Translations under genes and position numbers: made by a program
Notes under the pieces: generated by a model
Seen by the model: only the letters and a program-made list of their open reading frames with translations
Told to the model about the DNA's origin: nothing
Databases searched by the model: none
Assembly: GCA_017512495.1 (NCBI GenBank)
Contig: JAFWGF010000045.1
Coordinates: forward strand, 2,202-66,201
Length of the DNA: 64,000 nt
Reading direction: 5' to 3'
Origin: Bacilli bacterium
GTDB lineage: Bacteria; Bacillota_I; Bacilli_A; RF39; UBA660
Part shown: piece by piece, positions 55,432 to 64,000 of the stretch
Layout: every line of letters starts with the position of its first letter
How positions within the stretch are numbered: position 1 is the stretch's first letter

Positions 55432-55810
55432 AATCTCCTCCTGGAGTATAATTAATATTTTGTACTACACATATTCCATCATACATATTTACATAGTAAA
55501 TTCTTTTATCCAGCTTATTTTCAAAGAAAGCATCTATTTCATATTTGGTAGTAATTGGTACGTCTAAATTATTAAGATTTAACTTAGGAGCTGGTAAAGA
55601 AATAGTATTTACCATACCAGAAGTATCTGTTTTCCCTTCAAAGAAAATAACTTTCTGATTGTTAATTATTGAACTGACTACAATATTTAAATCACTGACA
55701 GGTAAAGCTTCACTAGCTGCATAAGCTCTTATTTTTAAATTACCCTTTCCAGGATTATCCTTTATAAAGTCTTCATAAGACTTTGTTTTCATAAACTCAT
55801 TTAAATTCAT
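55421..55810 (-). CDS. Stand-alone homolog of the SleC N-terminal (prepro / carboxypeptidase-regulatory-like) domain
   Basis: 129 aa. GNLKIRAYAASEALPVSDLNIVV ... GKTDTSGMVNTISLPAP resembles the N-terminal region of clostridial SleC. 11-nt overlap with the catalytic ORF, which has its own GGAGGAG RBS. Confidence 0.55.
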   Translation of the reverse strand: MNLNEFMKTKSYEDFIKDNPGKGNLKIRAYAASEALPVSDLNIVVSSIINNQKVIFFEGKTDTSGMVNTISLPAPKLNLNNLDVPITTKYEIDAFFENKLDKRIYYVNMYDGICVVQNINYTPGGDYVS

Positions 55811-55819
55811 ATTAATCTC

Positions 55820-56632
55820 CTATATCCTTAATACTTGTCCAATATACAAGTTATTAGTAGTAAGATTATTATTCTTTTTTAAATTATCTACTGTAGTATT
55901 ATATTTTTTAGCTATCGAATACAAACTATCGCCTTTTTGAACTACATATGTATTAGTAGAAGGCATCTTTAAGATTTGACCAATATTTAAAGTATTACTA
56001 GTTAAATTATTTAAATTCTTAATCTCACTTACACTAGTATTATATGCTTTAGCTATCGAATAGAGACTATCTCCCCTTTTAACTATATATGTTTTAGTAA
56101 TTTCTGGGGTATATTCTTCTCCAAAACATTCTTCAACAATTTCAATATTCTCAGTTCTAATTTTTAGATTTTGACCAACTGACAAAGTATTAGTTTTTAA
56201 TGCATTATCATTAATCAAAGTATCTATCGAAATATTATATTGCCTAGCAATAGAATATAAGTTATCTCCCTTTTTAACTGTATAATTAATAAACTGTGGT
56301 ACATACATATCTTCTTCTTTAGTATATATTTCTGGTATTCTAATCACTTGTCCTACATATAAGTCATTACTAGTAAAATAATTAAGTTTTTTTATTTGAT
56401 CTACACTAGTACCATATACCCTAGCTATTGACCATAATGTATCTCCTTTTTTAACTGTATACATAAACATATTATCTGGATTAGTTCCAGTATCAGTAGG
56501 TATCTTTAATATTTGTCCTACTTTCAAAGTTTCAGCAGTTACATTATTTAATTGAGCCAATTCTGTAACAGATACTCCATATTGGTTACTTATACCCCAC
56601 AAAGTATCTCCAGCTTTAACTGTATAATTCAT
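55820..56632 (-). CDS. Protein of five LysM repeats, no signal peptide (spore-coat-like)
   Basis: Five copies of YxVKxGDxLxxIAxxYxxxVxxLxxxNxLxxxxLxxGQxLxIP. The sequence begins directly with the first LysM repeat. Confidence 0.9.
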   Translation of the reverse strand: MNYTVKAGDTLWGISNQYGVSVTELAQLNNVTAETLKVGQILKIPTDTGTNPDNMFMYTVKKGDTLWSIARVYGTSVDQIKKLNYFTSNDLYVGQVIRIPEIYTKEEDMYVPQFINYTVKKGDNLYSIARQYNISIDTLINDNALKTNTLSVGQNLKIRTENIEIVEECFGEEYTPEITKTYIVKRGDSLYSIAKAYNTSVSEIKNLNNLTSNTLNIGQILKMPSTNTYVVQKGDSLYSIAKKYNTTVDNLKKNNNLTTNNLYIGQVLRI

Positions 56633-56724
56633 TTAATCACCCAATAAAGTATATGTAAAAGCAAAAAAAAATAGCCAAACAAACTAACAATAAGTATACT
56701 AGTTAATTCAGCTAATCATATCAA

Positions 56725-57804
56725 TTAATTATAATCATAGACAACAAAATCGGTAATATCTGCAAGATTCATAACGTATTCTTCTCCCCAACTAGATACA
56801 ACTATTTTCTCAGGATCATTAGTCGTACCAACTAAATACATAGTATGGGGTGCTACATTTCCAGCATAAACATCATCTAAATGACCATTATCATTAATAT
56901 CAGTTGGTTCATAAAGAGCAAAATCTTCTCCACCCACTACTATTTTACTACCATTTCTTAAAAGATTATTAATAGTGTTACTATCAAGTTTCAAATTATG
57001 CGCGTCAAAATCATCACTCGTAATAGTTTTTACCTCTATACCTTTTTCGTTCAAATAATTAGTAAATATCTTGGCTACTTCACTCTCATATGTTCCATCC
57101 ATACCAGTTTCTTCAATTTGGACATCTGTTTCTTGATCCCCTAATGCTGTAATCTCTTCAATATTTCCATAGACTTCTTCGATTGTAGTATATCCTTTTG
57201 TTTTTGCGTGATACAAGAAAAAGTCTAAGAATAAATAATCATAATTATAAAATGTTACGTCTTTATCTAATGTATTATTGTGTCTTACTATAGTTGGATC
57301 AAAACCAAACTTTTTAGAAAATTCTTCGGGTGATTTATTTCCATATTCAGCAAATATGGTATCAACTACTGCCATATAACCACAACCTACATTTTCCATT
57401 TTATCAAATAATAATTGTAAATCTTCCATATCAACATCTTGATAATATTTATTAATTATTTCCATTGTTTTAGGATCTTTAGCATATAATTCAAATGCAT
57501 CCTTTAATCTTCTTTGATCACCACCATATTGGACAGTACTTTTAGCTTCATCTCCAAACATCCAATCACCTTCGGGAATGTTAAGTTTAGTTGGATCAAT
57601 CATGTCATCAAAATCAACCGTTTCCATAACTAGTCGGTCTCCCATCTTACTAGAAACATCCGAAATACTTTGCGAAACATCATTTATTCCTTCCGTTTGA
57701 TATACTTCTGTGTCAATAGTAACATTACTGTCTTTAAGAGCATCTGACATAGATGTCCTATTTTGACCCTTATTTGATAATGATCCTCCACTTGGACTAA
57801 ACAT
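56725..57804 (-). CDS. Hypothetical protein with a possible papain-like (C39-like) Cys/His arrangement
   Basis: 359 aa with no signal peptide. ENVGCGYMAVV (candidate Cys) and NVAPHTMYLVGTTND (candidate His). GAGGGTGAG RBS. The ATG overlaps the stop codon of the upstream gene (ATGTTTAG). Confidence 0.45.
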   Translation of the reverse strand: MFSPSGGSLSNKGQNRTSMSDALKDSNVTIDTEVYQTEGINDVSQSISDVSSKMGDRLVMETVDFDDMIDPTKLNIPEGDWMFGDEAKSTVQYGGDQRRLKDAFELYAKDPKTMEIINKYYQDVDMEDLQLLFDKMENVGCGYMAVVDTIFAEYGNKSPEEFSKKFGFDPTIVRHNNTLDKDVTFYNYDYLFLDFFLYHAKTKGYTTIEEVYGNIEEITALGDQETDVQIEETGMDGTYESEVAKIFTNYLNEKGIEVKTITSDDFDAHNLKLDSNTINNLLRNGSKIVVGGEDFALYEPTDINDNGHLDDVYAGNVAPHTMYLVGTTNDPEKIVVSSWGEEYVMNLADITDFVVYDYN

Positions 57805-58330
57805 TAGTTCTCACCCTCTTACTAATAAAAACTTCACAATTAATTCCTAATTTTTCTGCCACTTCTTTTTTTATTTCTTTTATCATATTATCAATAAAAT
57901 TTTTCTGTTGACGATATATTTCAATATATTCATCATCTGAGAATTTTTTAGTATTTTTTCCATATACAAATTCTAATACTAAACTCCCATTATCTACATA
58001 ATGTTTAGGAAGCGGTGGATTATACATAACTCCGGATACACCTTCTTTTTTTAAACATTCTTTATAAGTTCTTTCAACTAATTCCAGTACTTCATCATCT
58101 ATTTCTTTTTTGTTTCTCAAAGTAACTAAATCCTCTTCACTAAGCTTGCTAAAATAGAATTTATTTAAAAGTGAAAAATACTTAGAATTAATATTACAAA
58201 GTATATCATTAGAGGTTCCAAAATATAGGTTAGATTCCTCTATCTTTTTGTCAAAAGAACTAATATCAATATTTTTATTTAAGAATTGGCAAAATGCTTC
58301 TTTATATATTTTTTTTATTTCTTCATCCAT
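57797..58330 (-). CDS. Hypothetical protein translationally coupled to 56725-57804
   Basis: GAGGAG lies 8 nt before ATG 58330 (MDEEIKK). No motif recognised. Confidence 0.5.
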   Translation of the reverse strand: MDEEIKKIYKEAFCQFLNKNIDISSFDKKIEESNLYFGTSNDILCNINSKYFSLLNKFYFSKLSEEDLVTLRNKKEIDDEVLELVERTYKECLKKEGVSGVMYNPPLPKHYVDNGSLVLEFVYGKNTKKFSDDEYIEIYRQQKNFIDNMIKEIKKEVAEKLGINCEVFISKRVRTNV

Positions 58331-58346
58331 AACTACACTCCTCACT

Positions 58347-59174
58347 TTAGTTATCTTTATCATAATTATCTAAGAATCTTTTATATTCACCATCATTCTT
58401 AGTACCAATAACACAATTTAAATTAACATTATCTAGAGCTTTATAAATATTATAATCTATATTCGGATTATCTTTCTTTAATTTTTCTACTAATTTTTTC
58501 ATTTCTAGTCTTTTGCTTTCATCTTCCTTATTAGCTGTTTTTTCAGTAAAACGACAAGCACAGTTTAAAAATTTCAAATCATTTGTTTTAGCCCAAGCCT
58601 TTATATCACTTTCTTTTACCATATGCAATGGCCTAATTAACTCTAATCCTTTAAAATTTTCACTATGTAGTTTAGGCATCATAGTTTTAATTTCTGCTCC
58701 ATAGAACATTGAAAGAAGCGTAGTTTCAATAACATCATCAAAATGATGACCTAAAGCTATTTTATTACATCCCAATTCTTTAGCTTTATTATATAAACAG
58801 CCTCTGCGCATCCTAGCACACAAATAACATGGGCTTTTCTCAATATCTGAAACCACATCAAAGATATCACTTTCAAAGATTTCTAAATCAATATTCATAA
58901 TCCTAGCATTTTCTTTAATAAGTTCTAAATTATCTTCATTATACCCGGGATTCATACAAACATAATAAGCTTTAAAAGGATATTTTCCATGTCTCTCTAA
59001 CTCCTGCATGCATTTAGCTAAAAGAAAAGAATCTTTTCCACCAGAAATACAAACCATAATCTTATCATTTTCTTTAATTAATTCATACTCTATTATAGCT
59101 TTTACAAATTTACTCCAAATATCTTTACGATACTTTTTAATAATACTACGTTCTATTTCTTTATACTTTTCCAT
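58347..59174 (-). CDS. ttcA: PP-loop ATPase of the TtcA / tRNA 2-thiocytidine synthase family
   Basis: VCISGGKDS PP-loop and Cys motifs (SPCYLCARMRRG; LNCACRF). Confidence 0.8.
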   Translation of the reverse strand: MEKYKEIERSIIKKYRKDIWSKFVKAIIEYELIKENDKIMVCISGGKDSFLLAKCMQELERHGKYPFKAYYVCMNPGYNEDNLELIKENARIMNIDLEIFESDIFDVVSDIEKSPCYLCARMRRGCLYNKAKELGCNKIALGHHFDDVIETTLLSMFYGAEIKTMMPKLHSENFKGLELIRPLHMVKESDIKAWAKTNDLKFLNCACRFTEKTANKEDESKRLEMKKLVEKLKKDNPNIDYNIYKALDNVNLNCVIGTKNDGEYKRFLDNYDKDN

Positions 59175-59392
59175 TATTCTACCCCAATATATTTGTATCC
59201 TAAATCTTCGATTCCTTTTTTTAATTCTAAAATGTTAATATCATCAACATGATTTAAAATCACTTTTTTGTTTTTTAAATACACTTTAATAGATTTAATA
59301 CCTTTAATTTTATTTAATTCATTCTTTAAAATATTAACATCTTCTTTAGAATTAAGACCACTAACTTTAATAATTAATTTTTTATTAAGCAT
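59174..59392 (-). CDS. HMA-like (ferredoxin-fold) small protein lacking the metal-binding CxxC
   Basis: 72 aa. The betaalphabetabetaalphabeta-like pattern (IIKVSGLNSKEDVNILKNELNKIKGIKSIKVYL...) carries SGLNSKED where HMA domains have GMTCxxC. Confidence 0.45.
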   Translation of the reverse strand: MLNKKLIIKVSGLNSKEDVNILKNELNKIKGIKSIKVYLKNKKVILNHVDDINILELKKGIEDLGYKYIGVE

Positions 59393-59981
59393 GTTTCTTA
59401 TTACCTTTTTTTGTTACTTTAATATCTTTTGAAAAATACCACATGATAAGTGAACCGATAAAATTACCAAGAATAGCTAATATAATTGAAGAATGTAATG
59501 TACAAGCAACGCCTAACGTAATAATATTGGCAATACAGTGTTGGAATCCACAAAAGATAAATAATGGTATTCCATAAATAATACCTAATGGAGTTCCTTT
59601 ACGATATAATAAAACTGCGATATACATAATAACTCCACACAGTATAGCTCTAATAAAGAAAGATAATGAAAACTCCCATGTAGCTACTTTAGATACTGCT
59701 GCAGTGACTATTTCTTTATCAGCAAAAGAGAAAATAACACCTACTAAGTATCCCGCTAATAAATTAACAGCTAATATTATCATTAAATCACTAAATTTAA
59801 TAGAATCCGCAAATAGAAACCCACACTTTCCTGTGAATAAGTTTTGTCCCATATAACAAACGCCTAATAATCCTAAAGCAAATATTACTGGCCCTATAGG
59901 ATTACCTAATTTCAACAAAGCATAATTACCTAGACCTATTAAAATAGCAGCACCAATACTCTTATTTATTAATTCTTTCAT
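59385..59981 (-). CDS. Integral membrane protein, possibly a short formate/nitrite transporter (FNT)-like protein
   Basis: 198 aa with 6 hydrophobic segments. NLFTGKCG resembles the FNT ELFTGN motif. Weak call. Confidence 0.4.
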   Translation of the reverse strand: MKELINKSIGAAILIGLGNYALLKLGNPIGPVIFALGLLGVCYMGQNLFTGKCGFLFADSIKFSDLMIILAVNLLAGYLVGVIFSFADKEIVTAAVSKVATWEFSLSFFIRAILCGVIMYIAVLLYRKGTPLGIIYGIPLFIFCGFQHCIANIITLGVACTLHSSIILAILGNFIGSLIMWYFSKDIKVTKKGNKKHA

Positions 59982-60052
59982 AAAACCACCTCAATTAAAT
60001 TATATCAAAAAACTGGCTTTATACCAAATAATAAGCAAACTAATGCTTGCAT

Positions 60053-60382
60053 TTAATTAGAACCAATTCCCCAAGCATTTTGCATACCTTCTACTGCATC
60101 ATTAACTGCTAATGGCAATAAAACAAAAAGAAAAAACAGTATAGCTACAATAATTACAATTGCAATACTCAAACTAATAACTGATAGTAATTTTTTATTA
60201 TCTTTAAACAATCCTATAATGGTTAAAGGAATTGCAGTAATCAGAGTTATTGTTCCTAGAACAAAGACTACTCCGTTAATAGTCAATAACCATATTACTA
60301 TCATAATAATAGTTATAATAATTAAGCCTAAAGAAATAGCACCAAATTTATTACTATTCATATATTTTTCCATATTAATCAC
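60053..60382 (-). CDS. Small membrane protein, function unknown
   Basis: 109 aa with three hydrophobic segments. It abuts the upstream gene with no gap. Confidence 0.5.
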   Translation of the reverse strand: MINMEKYMNSNKFGAISLGLIIITIIMIVIWLLTINGVVFVLGTITLITAIPLTIIGLFKDNKKLLSVISLSIAIVIIVAILFFLFVLLPLAVNDAVEGMQNAWGIGSN

Positions 60383-61054
60383 CTACCATATAAATGGAAT
60401 TAATTTATATTTAACTCTTTTCTGATAATCCTTATATCCTTTTAAATCTTTTTCTAATACTTTTTCTTCATTATTTACTCTTTTTATAATAATAAATGGA
60501 TACATAAGAAATACTATAAAAGATATTGGAGATCTTAAAATTATTGGTATCATTAAAAACAATATAATAGTTATAGAATACATTGGGTGCCTTACTATCC
60601 CATATAAACCTGTATCAACAACTTTCTGATCATCTTTTACTTCAATAGTACGAGATAAGAAAGTATTCTCTCTTAATACTTCTGCATATAATAAATAAGC
60701 TATTATAAATACTATGGAAGCTATAATAACAATACTATCTGGTATATTCATCCAATTATATTTATAATTTAGACCAGCTAATACAAAACCAATTATAAAC
60801 ATTAAGCCACTTAATAATACTACTTCTTTCTGTTCTGTTTCTTTTTCTTTAGCATTTAATCTACTTCTAAGTAATTCTGGATTTGTAAAAAACATAATTA
60901 TTCCTGCAATAAACATTGGTATAAATAATAATCCCATGAATAACCAACCATTAATATAATTAAATGATCCTGCTGGTATAAATATTAATAAACCAACTAT
61001 TATTACACCACATATATATTTTATTATTGCTTGAGCAAACAACTTCATATCCAT
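60383..61054 (-). CDS. Isoprenylcysteine carboxyl methyltransferase (ICMT/PEMT)-family membrane methyltransferase
   Basis: VVDTGLYGIVRHPMYS motif in the C-terminal half and multiple TM segments. The start is uncertain (ATG 61054 or 61048). Confidence 0.75.
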   Translation of the reverse strand: MDMKLFAQAIIKYICGVIIVGLLIFIPAGSFNYINGWLFMGLLFIPMFIAGIIMFFTNPELLRSRLNAKEKETEQKEVVLLSGLMFIIGFVLAGLNYKYNWMNIPDSIVIIASIVFIIAYLLYAEVLRENTFLSRTIEVKDDQKVVDTGLYGIVRHPMYSITIILFLMIPIILRSPISFIVFLMYPFIIIKRVNNEEKVLEKDLKGYKDYQKRVKYKLIPFIW

Positions 61055-61083
61055 ATCATCACATCCTATAAAAATTATAACAT

Positions 61084-61111
61084 AAAAAAAAAACAAACTA
61101 TATAGTTTGTT
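61084..61111 (-). terminator. Rho-independent terminator of ssrA
   Basis: Perfect palindrome AACAAACTATATAGTTTGTT (61092-61111), followed by a T10 run on the minus strand, directly after the tmRNA CCA end. Confidence 0.75.
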
Positions 61112-61121
61112 ATAAACATAT

Positions 61122-61499
61122 TGGTGGAACTGAGGGGAATTGAACCCCTGTCCGAAAATAGAGCTACATAAACTTCTACAAGCTTAGTTAACTAATTATT
61201 CTCATATACCTATCAAGTAATTAACGACCAAATAGATATACCAGTCTAAATATTCTTTCTATCTTCTAGACAAAAGATAGCTATAACCTATAAATTTGAA
61301 CCTCTATATAGTTTCTAGGTAAAACTATAAGAAGTGCTGGCTCGTATTATTAAAGAGCGTAAGCAACAGCTTGGTTTCCACCAAACATGTTAGCTACAGC
61401 AGATTTTAGCTTATTAGCATTTATTTTTTTGTGCCCGTAACGTGGACATTCGACTTGCCATCTATGCTCTACTATTCCCGTCGAAACCATATCAGCCCC
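61122..61499 (-). ncRNA. ssrA: tmRNA (transfer-messenger RNA)
   Basis: The minus strand starts GGGGCTGATATGGTTTCGACGGG and ends GGACAGGGGTTCAATTCCCCTCAGTTCCACCA (tRNA-Ala-like acceptor and T arm). The internal tag frame GCT AAT AAG ... GCT TAC GCT CTT TAA TAA encodes ANKLKSAVANMFGGNQAVAYAL. Confidence 0.92.
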
Positions 61500-61557
61500 A
61501 TATGTATGTATATTATAACATATGTTCATAAAAAAATAAAGGAATACCGTGTATTCC

Positions 61558-62277
61558 TTAACGCATCTTTCTTAACTTCTTAATTTGTTCTTGAGCAAAA
61601 TCTCTTTCTTGTTCTTCTGCTTTACGCCTATCCTCTATTTCTTTTCTTCTTTTATAATCTTTAAGTATATATTCCCATGGACCAGGGACATATTCATAGT
61701 ATTTATCATCATCAAATGTACATATGCTTGCATTAAAAACTAAATCATCAAAGTAGTATACTCTATAATTAACACTATTTAACCATTCATCATAATAGCC
61801 TGATACATTCTCCCTTGATTCTATTTTTATACTTGGATCTAAGTCATCGATTGATTTTCTACGCTTTATACCTGATACAAGAGAAAGTAAACTTCTTTGA
61901 TGGTTTATCAATCTTTCTTTTTCTTTTGCTTCTTGATCATTTTTTTCTTTAATTTTTGGAGCAGCCTCATATAATGCTTCTAATACTTCTTCCCATACTC
62001 CTCTTTCATAAGTTTTATCATCAAATACTCTTCTTCCATTAAAATTAATGTATATTCCACTATAATTACCTAAAACCATACGACTAGGACATGGAAAAAC
62101 AATATGTAATCCATTGCCATCATAATATGTATCCGTAAAATATCTAGCAGTTGGTGCAATTGAATATGTTATTTCTTTCTTTTCTTTACCTAAATAATAT
62201 AAAATAGATTTAGCCCAACTAGATATTCTATCGTAATCTGTTGGTTTTTTTACTTCTTTTTTTCCAAAAATACCCAT
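61558..62277 (-). CDS. Hypothetical protein between smpB and ssrA
   Basis: 239 aa, Tyr/Asp-rich with a basic coiled-coil C-terminus. No motif recognised. Confidence 0.55.
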   Translation of the reverse strand: MGIFGKKEVKKPTDYDRISSWAKSILYYLGKEKKEITYSIAPTARYFTDTYYDGNGLHIVFPCPSRMVLGNYSGIYINFNGRRVFDDKTYERGVWEEVLEALYEAAPKIKEKNDQEAKEKERLINHQRSLLSLVSGIKRRKSIDDLDPSIKIESRENVSGYYDEWLNSVNYRVYYFDDLVFNASICTFDDDKYYEYVPGPWEYILKDYKRRKEIEDRRKAEEQERDFAQEQIKKLRKMR

Positions 62278-62329
62278 AATTACACTTCCTTCGGTTATTA
62301 TTATATTTTTTTATAAATAAAAGTCAATA

Positions 62330-62358
62330 TAAAAGTAGATATAGTTATATCTACTTTT
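62330..62358 (-). terminator. Rho-independent terminator after smpB
   Basis: AAAGTAGATATA-GT-TATATCTACTTT hairpin with flanking A and T runs. Confidence 0.6.
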
Positions 62359-62797
62359 ATTTATAATTTTTAATATTTTTTAGAACATCTCGCTTAATAT
62401 CTCTTTCTTTAATAGTTTCTCTCTTATCATAGTTCTTTTTACCCTTACAGATACCAAGTAAGATCTTAAACTTATTATCTTTAAAATATCCTTTTAATGG
62501 AACAATAGTCAAACCTTGTTCATTTATCGCTTGAGAAATCTTTTTAATCTCTTTCTTATGTAATAATAATTTTCTACTTCTAGTTTCACTGTGATTAAAG
62601 ATATTACCCTCTTCATATGGAGCTATATACATATTAAGTAAAAACACCTCTCCATTTTTAACTATTCCATAGCAATCTTTAATATTACATTTACCAGCTC
62701 TTATAGACTTAATTTCAGTACCTGTAAGTACTATTCCAGCTTCTATTTCTTCTTCTATAAAATAATCAAATTTTGCTTTTCGATTAAGAATTTCCAT
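62357..62797 (-). CDS. smpB: SsrA-binding protein
   Basis: 146 aa. [12 protein letters not shown] ... GTEIKSIR ... [12 protein letters not shown] is typical SmpB. Confidence 0.95.
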   Translation of the reverse strand: MEILNRKAKFDYFIEEEIEAGIVLTGTEIKSIRAGKCNIKDCYGIVKNGEVFLLNMYIAPYEEGNIFNHSETRSRKLLLHKKEIKKISQAINEQGLTIVPLKGYFKDNKFKILLGICKGKKNYDKRETIKERDIKRDVLKNIKNYK

Positions 62798-62801
62798 TCT
62801 A

Positions 62802-63998
62802 TCACTCTCCAGTAATTCCCCACTGTAATTCAGGATATCTTTCGCTAACTACACCTTTATACTTTTCATGTAAAGACTGATAGCCATTTAATAAACTATC
62901 ATTTAATTGAGGATATGGGTAAACTTTAAAATTACGCTTTCCTCTATAATATGATTTAGTATAAGAAAGCTCTGCGTGAGGATCTTCAACAGTTACTGTA
63001 ACTGTATCATCAACATTAACTACTTTCTTAATATTTACACTCATCATAAGTCCAGTAAGTCTTTCATTTCCTTCTTGATCAGAAATAATATTACCTAACG
63101 AATATATAACAAAAGTCTTACCATCATTAATATATTCAACTGGTTCTACAACGTGAGGATGAGCTCCAATAATTAATTGAACTCCTTGTTCAGATAAGAA
63201 TTTAGCTATTCTATCTTGAGAAGAATCCACCCCTAACGAGTATTCAGTTCCCCAATGCATTGCGACCATAATAATATCAACTTTATCTTTTACTTTAGCT
63301 ATATCAGCAGCCGCTTTTTCATCTGAATAAACATTATTCAAATATTCTTTACCAGATGGTGTTTCTAGACCATTAGTCCATGTAGTATATGAGAAAAAGG
63401 CGTATTTTATACCATTCTTTTCATGTATCTCAGCTGTTTCTGCTTCTCTTTCTTCTGCAGAAATCCATTGTCCAGAATAAACAACCTTATCTTTGTGCTT
63501 TTTCCAATAATTGACTGAATTAATTACACCTTGCTCATTCTTATCCATAGTGTGATTAGTTGCGAGAGAGACTAAATTAAATCCAGCATCAATAAAAGCA
63601 TCTCCTACTTCATATGGTGAATTAAATCTAGGATAATTAGAAAGACCTAATTCAGTACCACCTAAGATAGTTTCTTGATTATAATAAGCTAAATCATACT
63701 TTGAAGCAATTGGCTTCAAAAGCTCCAACATTGGTTTAAAGTCATAACTTCCATCACCGTTTTTAGCATCGTTATATACACCATCATGAATCAAAGCATC
63801 TCCAACCATAAACAGCCTAGCATTGTATTCCTTTGGCTCTTTAGGTTTCTCTTTTTTAACTACTTTTTTAGGCTCTTCTTTTTTAGGTTCTTGTCTATTA
63901 TTATAAGTACCATAGACACAAAGACCAACTAAAGCAATTAAAACAAATAATACTAACCCCTTTGCTTTCTTCTTTAGTTTTACTTTTCTCTTTGCCAT
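62802..63998 (-). CDS. CapA-family (PGA_cap) metallophosphatase-like protein with N-terminal anchor
   Basis: [24 protein letters not shown] and GAHPHVVEP motifs. Confidence 0.85.
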   Translation of the reverse strand: MAKRKVKLKKKAKGLVLFVLIALVGLCVYGTYNNRQEPKKEEPKKVVKKEKPKEPKEYNARLFMVGDALIHDGVYNDAKNGDGSYDFKPMLELLKPIASKYDLAYYNQETILGGTELGLSNYPRFNSPYEVGDAFIDAGFNLVSLATNHTMDKNEQGVINSVNYWKKHKDKVVYSGQWISAEEREAETAEIHEKNGIKYAFFSYTTWTNGLETPSGKEYLNNVYSDEKAAADIAKVKDKVDIIMVAMHWGTEYSLGVDSSQDRIAKFLSEQGVQLIIGAHPHVVEPVEYINDGKTFVIYSLGNIISDQEGNERLTGLMMSVNIKKVVNVDDTVTVTVEDPHAELSYTKSYYRGKRNFKVYPYPQLNDSLLNGYQSLHEKYKGVVSERYPELQWGITGE

Positions 63999-64000
63999 AC

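Noticed and set aside
54088-55810. Calling the split SleC a pseudogene
   Set aside because: The second ORF has its own strong RBS and ATG, and the split coincides with a domain boundary. I therefore annotate two CDSs and flag the question rather than call a pseudogene. Read-level data would be needed.
296-60425. Remaining short track ORFs: 296-505, 6553-6753, 9528-9770, 10982-11188, 11109-11414, 15463-15645, 18797-19006, 40814-41023, 40914-41114, 43981-44178, 45003-45353, 45028-45237, 47801-48046, 58513-58704, 59008-59238, 60219-60425
   Set aside because: Each is embedded antisense or out of frame in a longer gene with recognisable family motifs. This is typical of chance ORFs in AT-rich DNA.
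59174-61121. Genomic island integrated at the 3' end of ssrA
   Set aside because: tmRNA genes are common integration sites. However, I found no integrase and no direct repeat of the tmRNA 3' end in this window, and the adjacent genes are ordinary small membrane proteins.
1-64000. Alternative genetic code (UGA as Trp, as in Mollicutes), CRISPR arrays, IS elements and tRNA/rRNA genes
   Set aside because: Conserved Trp positions use TGG, and well-supported genes such as the CYTH gene (AAA TGA) end at TGA. I saw no repeat-spacer arrays, transposase-like ORFs, inverted terminal repeats or tRNA-like cloverleaf sequences other than the tmRNA.

Overview
This is an AT-rich, low-GC Firmicutes-type chromosomal segment under the standard genetic code (Trp is TGG; TGA terminates well-supported genes such as the CYTH gene and the ORF upstream of leuS). 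It holds about 75 genes, nearly all on the minus strand. The window opens inside the S10 ribosomal-protein operon (rpsS', rplB, rplW, rplD, rplC, rpsJ). Housekeeping genes follow: dinB, tyrS and leuS (each the second gene behind a T-box leader), trmB, fhs, cdaA-cdaR, rnr, smpB and a tmRNA gene. Cell-envelope and spore-associated genes are interleaved: two FemAB-family transferases, a MurJ/SpoVB-type flippase, a VanY carboxypeptidase, an NlpC/P60 peptidase, a split SleC-like cortex lytic enzyme, a 5x LysM protein, CotH and Cse60. I saw no rRNA, tRNA, CRISPR array, transposase or integrase. The most unusual region is 19.1-23.2 kb. It is a tight minus-strand operon of five proteins that each begin with a ~90-100 aa WXG100/ESAT-6-like helical-hairpin module. 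Three of them carry different peptidoglycan hydrolase domains (M23, CHAP, phage-tail-lysozyme type), and none has a Sec signal peptide. The operon lies between a FemAB pair and the flippase gene. No type VII secretion machinery is in the window, so the export route is inferred, not shown. A second notable feature is a three-member paralogous family (3289-4383, 9311-11017, 26440-27423). These share a conserved TasA/SipW-type-like N-terminal module but have divergent C-terminal regions. Two copies also share a near-identical promoter and 5' region. Other oddities are a thioester-type adhesin paired with a sortase that lacks the catalytic Arg, an acidic tail on L3, and several unlisted small ORFs. 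All functional calls come from motif recognition by eye; no database search was run.
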